Below, piece by piece: positions 1 to 8,050 of a stretch of DNA of 14,499 nt. A program made the translations under genes and the position numbers. The notes below the pieces were generated by a model. That model had not been told where the DNA came from. It worked only from the letters and a program-made list of their open reading frames with translations, and searched no databases. Every line of letters starts with the position of its first letter. Position 1 is the first letter of the stretch. Source of the DNA: Campylobacterota bacterium (GTDB lineage: Bacteria; Campylobacterota; Campylobacteria; Campylobacterales; Sulfurimonadaceae); NCBI GenBank assembly GCA_034661055.1, contig JAYEKO010000052.1:1-14499 (forward strand). Reading direction: 5' to 3'.

Positions 1-2
1 CA

Positions 3-2660
3 GGAATGGCTTCTATTGGTGGAGAGACTGATAGTGGTGAGACCAATAACCGTTTTAGAGGTAGTCTTGATGAGATAAAGATTTTTGATGGAGTAGTCAG
101 CGAAACTCAACTTCAAGAAATTTGTGATAATGAACGAGCAGGTAAAAATTATGATGGAACGAATAGGGTATGTCAAGCCTGTGCTATAGACCCTATCCAT
201 GAATGGCGCTTAGATGAGTGTGTATGGGATTATGTCAATAATGATGTTCAAGATAACATAGGCTCTGTACATCTAAAAGCTTTTTACGCTTCAGATACTA
301 GTGATGTTAACCCATTTACATGTAGATATGGTATTTTTAATGATGGTGACACCAAAGGTAGACTTCAAGGTGATGGTTTTAATGAAACCTTAGACTCATC
401 AGTCTCTATTATAGCTTGGATAAATACAAGTTCTGCGCAATCAGGTAATGCAAGAATTATTGAGTTTTCAAATAGTGCTAACACCCCGCACAAAACTAGT
501 ACTGCCATAACCTATCATAGTGATACAAAAGAGCTAAAAGCATGGACAACTGATGCCTCTGGCACGCGAAAAGCTGAGGTATATTATAATGCTCCTGGTG
601 TCTATAATGATGGAAACTGGCACATGGTATCGTATGTTTATGATGGAAGCAGAGGTATTCTCTATGTTGATGATACTGAAGTTGGCAGAACTAATGGAAG
701 CAGCACCGACCTGTATGACATCAATCAAGCTAGTATTGGTGGCTACTATGAGAGAGATGCCCATTTCTTCCGTGGCAATATTGATGAAGTAAAATTTTAC
801 AATGATGCAATACCTGCTTCTCAGATTACAACTATCTATAATGCCGATAAAGCTGCAAAAAATACCCGTACCTGTAATGTTTGTGCAATTCCTGAAGACC
901 CTGTATTTAAATTTGATGCATGGGACACTTTTAGAGATATTAATGACAGAAATATCTCTACAAAACTATCTGCACAAAACTTTAACCTAACACTTGCATC
1001 TCTTAATGAAACTAATGACAATTACCAAGAGTTTAATGGAACATTATGTTCACAAATTGTTGATACCTTACACGGTAACAGTACACAAAGTTCTTGGGTA
1101 AAATCACTCTTTACAGAGACCAATACTACAACAGCGAGTTTCAACGTTTCATCAGCTCTTAAAAATGCAAAAGTAAATCTTATATGGAAAAGTAATGTTG
1201 ATGAAACCTGTCCACTAACCGATGAGGACAACAGTACACTCTCAAGTGACAACGTTGCTGTTCGCCCCAATCAGTTTAATATTATTCCAACAGGACCTTA
1301 TTATGCAGGTGAACTTTTTAATATTGTAGCTAGTGCATACAACATCAACAATACTGCTACTCAAGATTACAATGAGACACAACTTGGAGGTTCTTTTACT
1401 ATTGATGGTAATGAAACACGCTTAGAGTGTATTGCAGGCAGTGAATCTTTTAGTATTGCTGATGCTGACTTTAGCAATGGTGTCACGCCAAGTATCGATG
1501 CAAACTTTACGGGAATTGCAACCTACTTAAATCTTAAAATCCATGAAAACAACGGTAGTGAATTTGCTTTGGTTGACAGTGATGACACCTCTGATGCACT
1601 ACGTCTTATCTCAGCACATGATGTTAATATTACAGTGAATCCTTATGAACTTAATGTCACTCTCACTGAAATTAATGCTAGTACCGATAGCACTTGGCTC
1701 TATATGGCAGATGTAAACGATATGAACATCAGTTTACATGTAAAACTACAGGCCAATAATAGACAAAACATTGTACTAAAAGACTTTAATTCCTCTTGTT
1801 ATGCCCAAGATGTCAATATTCTTCTTGGTGCTACTTCTGATGGAGTTGCTACTACTGACATGAACTATTCAGCCGTTCTTGGAACATTTAGTGATGGAAG
1901 CACGTTTAAAAATGAGACGCTTAATGACATTAACTACACAATGACCATTCCTGCTTCAACTTTTAATGATGGTGTAGGCAAGACAGAGATGGCCTTAAAT
2001 GTTAATAGAAAATTTCACACTCCGCTCAAGCCATTTAAAATTGGCGGACTTAGTGCTACCATTACCAGTAGTGGGATTGCCAAAGAGCTTAATCATGACA
2101 CTAATTTAGATGATTCCAACATATCTCTTTTTTACGGTCGATTAAGAGCAGTTGACATAAAAACATCTCAAAATCCAGCAACTAATAAAATTGAAATTGA
2201 AGTGTATGACAATAGTAAATCAAGTTACACCAGCAGCATGAAACAAAACTCACTCTCTTGGTATCGTAATGAAGATCACAGTGGTACTATTTTTGGTAAT
2301 GCCATTAGCATTGAAGCGACCGATACAACTACCTATTCTAACCCTGTAAACTTCACCGTACCAACTTCAGATATTTCTGATCCAAGCAGTGGCGTTATAG
2401 ACTTAAACTTAGTCAAACAGACAGGTCGCCATATTTTACATGTAAAAACCCAACCGTGGCTCTGGTACATTCCTAAAGATTTTGGTTCTGACTATAGTGA
2501 CATAGTTGACTCAAAATGTACTGAGCACCCCTGCTTCATCTATGTTTTTGAAAATGCCTCAACAACACAAAGTATCTCAACAGGTACCTATAAAGGCGGA
2601 AGTGCTACTATACATGATAGTGGTCAACAAAATAAAAAAGGTGTAAAGGTTTTTAGGTAG
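3..2660 (+). CDS. MshQ-like pilus-associated adhesin with tandem LamG-like (ConA/glucanase-fold) domains; 5' partial
   Basis: The frame is open from the window edge (GGA ATG at 3) and begins mid-domain, so ATG 6 is probably internal. LamG_3-type motifs: DGNWHMVSYVYDG, IGG...FRGSLDEIKIF and IGG...FRGNIDEVKFY. The C-terminal FYGRL and PWLWY resemble MshQ C-termini. It lies next to MshD/O/P-like genes. Confidence 0.7.
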   Translation, partial: GMASIGGETDSGETNNRFRGSLDEIKIFDGVVSETQLQEICDNERAGKNYDGTNRVCQACAIDPIHEWRLDECVWDYVNNDVQDNIGSVHLKAFYASDTSDVNPFTCRYGIFNDGDTKGRLQGDGFNETLDSSVSIIAWINTSSAQSGNARIIEFSNSANTPHKTSTAITYHSDTKELKAWTTDASGTRKAEVYYNAPGVYNDGNWHMVSYVYDGSRGILYVDDTEVGRTNGSSTDLYDINQASIGGYYERDAHFFRGNIDEVKFYNDAIPASQITTIYNADKAAKNTRTCNVCAIPEDPVFKFDAWDTFRDINDRNISTKLSAQNFNLTLASLNETNDNYQEFNGTLCSQIVDTLHGNSTQSSWVKSLFTETNTTTASFNVSSALKNAKVNLIWKSNVDETCPLTDEDNSTLSSDNVAVRPNQFNIIPTGPYYAGELFNIVASAYNINNTATQDYNETQLGGSFTIDGNETRLECIAGSESFSIADADFSNGVTPSIDANFTGIATYLNLKIHENNGSEFALVDSDDTSDALRLISAHDVNITVNPYELNVTLTEINASTDSTWLYMADVNDMNISLHVKLQANNRQNIVLKDFNSSCYAQDVNILLGATSDGVATTDMNYSAVLGTFSDGSTFKNETLNDINYTMTIPASTFNDGVGKTEMALNVNRKFHTPLKPFKIGGLSATITSSGIAKELNHDTNLDDSNISLFYGRLRAVDIKTSQNPATNKIEIEVYDNSKSSYTSSMKQNSLSWYRNEDHSGTIFGNAISIEATDTTTYSNPVNFTVPTSDISDPSSGVIDLNLVKQTGRHILHVKTQPWLWYIPKDFGSDYSDIVDSKCTEHPCFIYVFENASTTQSISTGTYKGGSATIHDSGQQNKKGVKVFR

Positions 2661-2670
2661 CTATGGAAGT

Positions 2671-2681
2671 TGTGCTATAAT
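2671..2681 (+). promoter_or_regulatory. Extended -10 sigma70-type promoter (TGTGCTATAAT) for the toxin-antitoxin pair
   Basis: Perfect TGnTATAAT in the short intergenic gap after the adhesin stop, followed by AAGGA RBS motifs at 2686-2690 and 2691-2695. Confidence 0.7.
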
Positions 2682-2702
2682 AACTAAGGAAAGGATGTGG
2701 CT

Positions 2703-2933
2703 ATGCAGTTAACACTAGACATAAAAGATAGTGCTATAGATAAAATATTATATTTTTTAGAACATCTCAAAGATGATGTCACTATCATTAATAAGCTTTC
2801 AAGTGATAGCTTAGAGATTGAACCTATAACACAAGATGACCCAGATTATCTATATGTTGTTGATGCTAAAAAAAGAAGGTCTGAAGGTGAAAAAACATAC
2901 ACTATAGATGAGATAATTAAAGATTTTCAATGA
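2703..2933 (+). CDS. Putative type II antitoxin (small acidic protein upstream of RelE)
   Basis: 76 aa acidic ORF (MQLTLDIKD...TYTIDEIIKDFQ) with an ATGA overlap into the toxin. ATG 2703 is 7 nt after AAGGA; GTG 2697 is an alternative start. Called from position, size and charge. Confidence 0.7.
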   Translation: MQLTLDIKDSAIDKILYFLEHLKDDVTIINKLSSDSLEIEPITQDDPDYLYVVDAKKRRSEGEKTYTIDEIIKDFQ

Positions 2934-3178
2934 TAATTGAAATTCAAGAAAGTGCTAAAAAAGATTTAAAAAGTATTGATAAAACTAAAGCATTAAAAAT
3001 TTTAAAACAGATAAAGAATCTCGAAGACTTTCCTCATATTTCAAACATTAAACAATCAAGCAGCTTTTATCCTCCCTTTAGATATAGAATAGGAGACTAT
3101 AGAGTATTGTTTGACGTTGTTGATGACACGCTTATTGTCATTAATATTAAACACAGAAGTAAAGCCTATAAAAAATAA
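2930..3178 (+). CDS. relE: Type II toxin, RelE/ParE superfamily (RelE/StbE-like mRNA interferase)
   Basis: 82 aa basic protein with family motifs SAKKDLK, FRYRIGDYRVLFD and IKHRSKAY. Confidence 0.88.
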   Translation: MIIEIQESAKKDLKSIDKTKALKILKQIKNLEDFPHISNIKQSSSFYPPFRYRIGDYRVLFDVVDDTLIVINIKHRSKAYKK

Positions 3179-3199
3179 AATTTTGGAGCCTAAAGATAG

Positions 3200-3757
3200 A
3201 TGAGAAAAGGACTAACGCTCATAGAGATGATTTTTTCAATGGTTATTATTGCCATTGTCTTTACTATTGTCCCTAAAATCATTTTTGCTTCTAACAAATC
3301 TCTACAGCTCAGCATGAAAGAGGATGCGCTCTTTAATGCTTACGCTTTAATGGGCTCTATTACTAAACTTGCTTGGGATGAGAACACCTTGGTTGATGGT
3401 AAAATTTTAGACACCTCTGCACATACATGTAATGACTATAGAGAGGGTGGTTTTTTAGGTTCACGTAACTGTATTGACAGTGATTTAGCTGCATCAACCA
3501 TTGGTTCTGATGGAGGAGACCATGATGATATTGATGATTATCACGGCTACCTAGAAACCGTAGCAGTTGCTGGATTAAACCGCTATAATCTTTCAACCAC
3601 GGTTGAGTATGACGCAACAACACCTGAACTAAAAAAAATCACAGTCAGAGCAGCTTCACATGCCGACAACAACAAAATCAAAAACTTTCAATCAAGCTTT
3701 TTCTACCACTCAGCAAATCTTGGACATATTCACATTAAAAAAGAGCAGTGGCAATGA
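3200..3757 (+). CDS. Minor pilin/pseudopilin with class III signal peptide, MshD-like
   Basis: MRKG|LTLIEMIFSMVIIAIV, with Glu at +5 and a hydrophobic helix. The DDIDDYHG motif resembles MshD. GGAG RBS at 3185-3188. Confidence 0.8.
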   Translation: MRKGLTLIEMIFSMVIIAIVFTIVPKIIFASNKSLQLSMKEDALFNAYALMGSITKLAWDENTLVDGKILDTSAHTCNDYREGGFLGSRNCIDSDLAASTIGSDGGDHDDIDDYHGYLETVAVAGLNRYNLSTTVEYDATTPELKKITVRAASHADNNKIKNFQSSFFYHSANLGHIHIKKEQWQ

Positions 3758-4650
3758 GGCGCGGTTTTACTCTTATTGAGATGATCTTTGTTGTGGTTAT
3801 CTCTTCGGCTCTAGCACTAGGTAGCTTCAAAGCACTTCAAGCACTTTTTCTTAGAAGTGCCAAAGCTAAAGCCATTACCGATATGACTCTTCGCTCTCAA
3901 ATTGTTTTAGATCAACTTGGAGTCATGCTCTACAATCGCATTCCTAACAGTGTCATTGGTTATACCCCTGGAGGCAGTTGTGAAGCCATAACAGAACTGA
4001 CCCAATCACACCCTATTTTGGAGTGGATGGGTACTATGGAAGATGAGTTGTTATTACGACAATATGACGGCTACATAAATATGGGCGATAGTAATAAAAC
4101 TACAAAAATTCTTTCTGCTCCCAACATTAGTGCATCGTTAAACTCATCTGATGTCAATCTCATCTTCTCTGGCAGCTTGGATGCCGGTTCTGATGAGACC
4201 TATTCAGCATGCAATAACGCTTTTGGTTGGCACGCAAATGCCAGTAATTTAAGTTATGATGTCACCATTACCAATAATCAGATTGAAATTACCGATGCAA
4301 CACAACCGCAATTTATTTATGAGAAGTACTATTTAACCAACACAGCTTATGCCGTTGCACGGGGTAAAGAGTTGAAAAATGAAGCTGGATGTACCAGTTT
4401 TAATAACTACAATACATCACTCTTGCAAAACAGAGGTAAAGACACAACAGACACTACTCTATTTTTACTCTATAACTATCAACCTTTTAACGGGGAGACC
4501 TTTTGTGATGGAAACATCTCTGTTTTAGCCGAAAATGTCAATGCGTTTAGAGCTGAGTATGTCAATAACACCTTACGCTTAAGCATTGATATGAATCAGA
4601 CCATTGTCAATAGCATGGTGCGCATCTCTAAAGAGAAGGTGGTGTTTTAA
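3754..4650 (+). CDS. Large minor pilin/pseudopilin with class III signal peptide, MshO-like
   Basis: MRRG|FTLIEMIFVVVI. ATG 3754 overlaps the upstream stop (ATGA) and is preferred over GTG 3748. Size and position match MshO. Confidence 0.8.
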   Translation: MRRGFTLIEMIFVVVISSALALGSFKALQALFLRSAKAKAITDMTLRSQIVLDQLGVMLYNRIPNSVIGYTPGGSCEAITELTQSHPILEWMGTMEDELLLRQYDGYINMGDSNKTTKILSAPNISASLNSSDVNLIFSGSLDAGSDETYSACNNAFGWHANASNLSYDVTITNNQIEITDATQPQFIYEKYYLTNTAYAVARGKELKNEAGCTSFNNYNTSLLQNRGKDTTDTTLFLLYNYQPFNGETFCDGNISVLAENVNAFRAEYVNNTLRLSIDMNQTIVNSMVRISKEKVVF

Positions 4651-5099
4651 TGCGTAATGCAATGGGAATCTGGCAAGCTATTATGATGATTTTACTTGTT
4701 AGTGGCATGATGATTGTAGTACTAAAATATGCCTCTGTCTCTTCAAAACACATAGCTAACACCTTTGTTAGGGAACAGAATGAACTCTTTTTAAACAGTG
4801 CAGTTGAGCAGACACTCTTAGCTATTTCTCTACATGATAAAAGTACAGGATGTCGAACAGCATCATTTACAAAAACTGTTACCAATCGTGGAATTACCTA
4901 TAGCGCTACAGTAGATATTATTAAATACTACCTACAAGAGGCTAGTACCGATCTTACTAACTGTACCATTGGCGTTAGTATTAAACCAAACAGTGAAGTG
5001 AGCCACGGTATGACACTATTTGAAATTGAAGTCACTGCCACCAAACAAAATGGTGATGTTGTAAGCAGAATATTAAGAAGGACACTGCAACAGCCATGA
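4650..5099 (+). CDS. Non-canonical minor pilin (no Glu5), MshP/PilX/GspK-type
   Basis: MRNA|MGIWQAIMMILLVSGMM: short basic leader and hydrophobic helix with Gln at +5. TAATG overlap with the MshO-like gene. Confidence 0.65.
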   Translation: MRNAMGIWQAIMMILLVSGMMIVVLKYASVSSKHIANTFVREQNELFLNSAVEQTLLAISLHDKSTGCRTASFTKTVTNRGITYSATVDIIKYYLQEASTDLTNCTIGVSIKPNSEVSHGMTLFEIEVTATKQNGDVVSRILRRTLQQP

Positions 5100-5524
5100 G
5101 AGCTTTTACCCTAATTGAACTTATTTTTGTTATTGTCATTATTGGCATTATGGTTGGTGTAGGTGCTTCAGCATTTAAACCGACCTATCTTACTGATGAT
5201 GTCAACTACATTCATAGTAAAATCCAAGAGGCACAGTTTCATGGCATCGGTTATGAACATCTAAATTTTGATGGCACTGTTATTGCAGATGCTCAAGGCT
5301 GCATTGAACTAACAAACAGTGCTTTAAAAGATGACAACTATAAATTACATGTAGAAACTTTTGACTACGGTACTATCTGTTTTGACTCTAAAGGAAGACC
5401 TCATGAAGACACCTACAATGGTCCATTATTGGCACGAAATGTGCTTAATTTTGTATATAGTGGCGAAAACAGGTCAATTATAATTGAACCTATCAGCGGT
5501 TATGCTATAATAAAGTACAATTAA
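5096..5524 (+). CDS. Minor pilin/pseudopilin with class III signal peptide, MshC/FimT/GspH-like
   Basis: MRA|FTLIELIFVIVIIGIM; C-terminal ICFDSKGRP and IIIEPISGY resemble GspH/FimT-type pilins. ATGA overlap. Confidence 0.8.
   Translation: MRAFTLIELIFVIVIIGIMVGVGASAFKPTYLTDDVNYIHSKIQEAQFHGIGYEHLNFDGTVIADAQGCIELTNSALKDDNYKLHVETFDYGTICFDSKGRPHEDTYNGPLLARNVLNFVYSGENRSIIIEPISGYAIIKYN
5484..5511 (+). promoter_or_regulatory. Putative internal sigma70 promoter upstream of the assembly-machinery genes
   Basis: TTGAAC (5484-5489), a 16-nt spacer, then TG-C-TATAAT (5503-5511), about 40 nt before ATG 5551. Overlapped by the palindrome TCAATTATAATTGA. Confidence 0.55.
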
Positions 5525-5550
5525 TTAAAAAACCTAACTAAGAGTTATCT

Positions 5551-7029
5551 ATGGCAAGTGATGAAGTTCTTTTTATAATAAATGAAGATCGTCAACTCCT
5601 CTTCGACGGCACTACATTTAAAGATATTCCATCTAAAAAAACTGCTGCATATCACAGCGCTGCTGTCCTTCCTGCATCAATCATTCGTACTCATGGCTTT
5701 AAAGCACCGCAAGATACTTCACCTGAAAAACTAGAAATTCAAGCTGAAATGAGCATATATGAAGATGGAGGGCTTGACCCTGAAGTAGATTTTAAGATCG
5801 CTTCACTTACAATCCCGCTTGAACATGAAGAGAGCCTCTATGTTGAATCATACGCTGTCGAAGAAGATACACTTCATAAACAGTTTGATGCCGTTGCTAA
5901 AAAAAGTGGCCAAATTGACACTATTTTTCCAGCAGCATTAAGCTACAGTGCACTCTACGCGTTTGAAAAACTTAAAAAGAAAAATGATATTTTCATTCAT
6001 TTTGATGATAATAACGCCTATGCAGTTATTTTTAAAGAGGGTCAATACATCTCAACACGAGCTATTACAACACTTAATGATATAGCTACAAAATTAGGCA
6101 TTGAAGTCTCTAAGGTACGTGAATACTTAGCAAAAAAAGGTGTAGAAAGTGACCTCTACACACCTGATGAGTTCTTGCATATGACTGACATTCAAGATGA
6201 ACTCTCAAAAGTAGTAGAACGAATTGCTCATGCCATAAGTCATAAACGGGGAATCTTTCGTTTAGAGAGCATTGATCGCTTTTTCATAGATTTTGAGGGC
6301 TCAAATATCCCTGGTTTTTTAGAGCTATTTAACAGTTATGACTATGAAGAGTCAAGCAAAGAGGTATTAAATGTTTTTCAATCAGTTGAAGTTGGAAACA
6401 GACATCATGCACTTCAAGCACTCTACGCTTTAGCTTCGTCACAAGAGAAACTTACGGCTGTAAACCTAAGCATCTATGAGCGTAAACCTTCATTTTTTAA
6501 AACACATGCAGGACAGTTTAGTCTCGTTATAATAGCATCCATACTCCTTGCTGTTGCCTACCCTATCTATGCAACCTTAGAGCTAGAAAAACTCAACGAA
6601 CGTCACTACCAACTCCAGAGCGATGTCTCTAAAATGGAAAAACTAACACTCAAGCTACGTTTAAAACTTAAACAAGAGCGTCAAAAACGTGATGAACTAA
6701 AGGAGCAAAAAGCCACTGCTGTTGCAAAAATTGAAGGATACGGACACACACTCGATGCTGTAAAATTGTTTGACACAGAGACATTGAACCGACAAAAAAT
6801 GATGAAAGATGTCAATAACGCTATGCGACAATTTGCACTCTCATCAAAATATTTAGAGCAAAACAGTTCAGCATCAATGAAAGTACAGATTATTACCAAG
6901 TATGAAGAGCGTGACAATATTGCTAAGTTTATGAAACAGCTTATTGCTAAAGGGTACGCTTATGTGCATACTAAAAAAATTGAGCGTGATGACAACCTTT
7001 ATGAGAGTCTTGTGGAGATTAGACCATGA
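5551..7029 (+). CDS. PilM-PilN-like fused inner-membrane alignment protein (MshI/GspL-like)
   Basis: About 300 aa soluble N-terminus, then AVNLS (reminiscent of PilN INLLP), a single TM segment (FSLVIIASILLAVAYPIYA, ~aa 323-341), a coiled coil and a small C-terminal domain. Precedes the PilO-like gene. Confidence 0.6.
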   Translation: MASDEVLFIINEDRQLLFDGTTFKDIPSKKTAAYHSAAVLPASIIRTHGFKAPQDTSPEKLEIQAEMSIYEDGGLDPEVDFKIASLTIPLEHEESLYVESYAVEEDTLHKQFDAVAKKSGQIDTIFPAALSYSALYAFEKLKKKNDIFIHFDDNNAYAVIFKEGQYISTRAITTLNDIATKLGIEVSKVREYLAKKGVESDLYTPDEFLHMTDIQDELSKVVERIAHAISHKRGIFRLESIDRFFIDFEGSNIPGFLELFNSYDYEESSKEVLNVFQSVEVGNRHHALQALYALASSQEKLTAVNLSIYERKPSFFKTHAGQFSLVIIASILLAVAYPIYATLELEKLNERHYQLQSDVSKMEKLTLKLRLKLKQERQKRDELKEQKATAVAKIEGYGHTLDAVKLFDTETLNRQKMMKDVNNAMRQFALSSKYLEQNSSASMKVQIITKYEERDNIAKFMKQLIAKGYAYVHTKKIERDDNLYESLVEIRP

Positions 7030-7649
7030 ATGATCAAATAGAACTCCTAGAGTCCCAACTAAGTGAGATGCCGAGTTCTAAACGACTTGGCATCTATGCT
7101 GTTATTCTTATTTCCCTTGTCTTTATGAGTTGGAACTTTTTTGGAGAAGAGATGTACAATGACATAACCTCCAAAGAAGAGTCACTTATCTCTTTAGAAC
7201 AAAAACTTCAAAAAAATAGTACACGTTCAATTAAAACTGCCATTAAAAAGAGTCAAAAAGAGAGTTTAACGCTTCAAGATGATCTCACAAATATCCATTT
7301 TAAAGACCAGTTTCTCCGTAGTAAACTCGAATCAATCGGCTTTATCTTATATGATCAAAAGGGTGCCACTCAAATTCTTGATGATGTTTTAAAACAGTCA
7401 GTTAAAAAAGGTATTACTATTGACATCATTGAATCAGAGCGACGTAACACTCCTTATATCTCTCATATTGTTGAAAAATCACTAATTAACGTCAAAGGTG
7501 ATGGCCCTTTCAAGAGCATTCTTAGCCTAATGCAGTACATTGACAACCTTAATGTACTGATGCGAACTCAAATGCTAAGCATTACCATTAATGAAAACAA
7601 CGCCACCTACTTTGATCTAAACCTATCTCATTATGGAGCTGACTTATGA
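7026..7649 (+). CDS. PilO/MshJ/GspM-like inner-membrane protein
   Basis: N-terminal TM (LGIYAVILISLVFMSW), coiled coil, and PilO-like INVKGDGPFKSILSLMQYIDNL. ATGA overlaps at both ends. Confidence 0.65.
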   Translation: MNDQIELLESQLSEMPSSKRLGIYAVILISLVFMSWNFFGEEMYNDITSKEESLISLEQKLQKNSTRSIKTAIKKSQKESLTLQDDLTNIHFKDQFLRSKLESIGFILYDQKGATQILDDVLKQSVKKGITIDIIESERRNTPYISHIVEKSLINVKGDGPFKSILSLMQYIDNLNVLMRTQMLSITINENNATYFDLNLSHYGADL

Positions 7650-8050
7650 AAATAGTTCAAATATTGCTTCTATGTAGCACGTTCATATTCTCAGATACCG
7701 TTGATGTAAATCCAATAGTAAAAAAAATTGACGCCATTAAAGAGAGTAAAAAAAGCCCCACCACCTTGGATTACAATATTTATGATCCCTTTGCAAAAGC
7801 CAAACCACTCTTAGCAAAAAAAGAACAAAAACCTGTAGTAAAAACAGCACGACCAATTAGAGTTCAAACTATCTTAAATGGTAAAGCACTTATTGATGGT
7901 AAATGGCACGGTGTTGGTAGTAGCGTACATGATGCCACTATTAAAACCGTGGCAAACAATCACATTGTTATTATTAGAGACAGTAAACTCATCACCATTA
8001 CTATAAAATCTAAAAAAAATATTATTAAAACAAAGGAACGAAGCAGATGA
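7646..8050 (+). CDS. MshK/PilP-like small exported protein
   Basis: Signal peptide, YDPF motif and ALIDGKWHGVG beta-rich region. Immediately upstream of the secretin. Confidence 0.55.
   Translation: MKIVQILLLCSTFIFSDTVDVNPIVKKIDAIKESKKSPTTLDYNIYDPFAKAKPLLAKKEQKPVVKTARPIRVQTILNGKALIDGKWHGVGSSVHDATIKTVANNHIVIIRDSKLITITIKSKKNIIKTKERSR

Noticed and set aside
534..1270. Five short alternative-frame or antisense ORFs inside the adhesin gene
   Set aside because: They are fully nested in a long coherent CDS and have no recognisable motifs, so they are probably shadow ORFs.
2651..3199. Target-site duplication, IS ends or an attC site around the TA cassette
   Set aside because: Only trivial matches were found (TAG at both junctions, AGCCTA twice near the right end), with no convincing direct or inverted terminal repeats.
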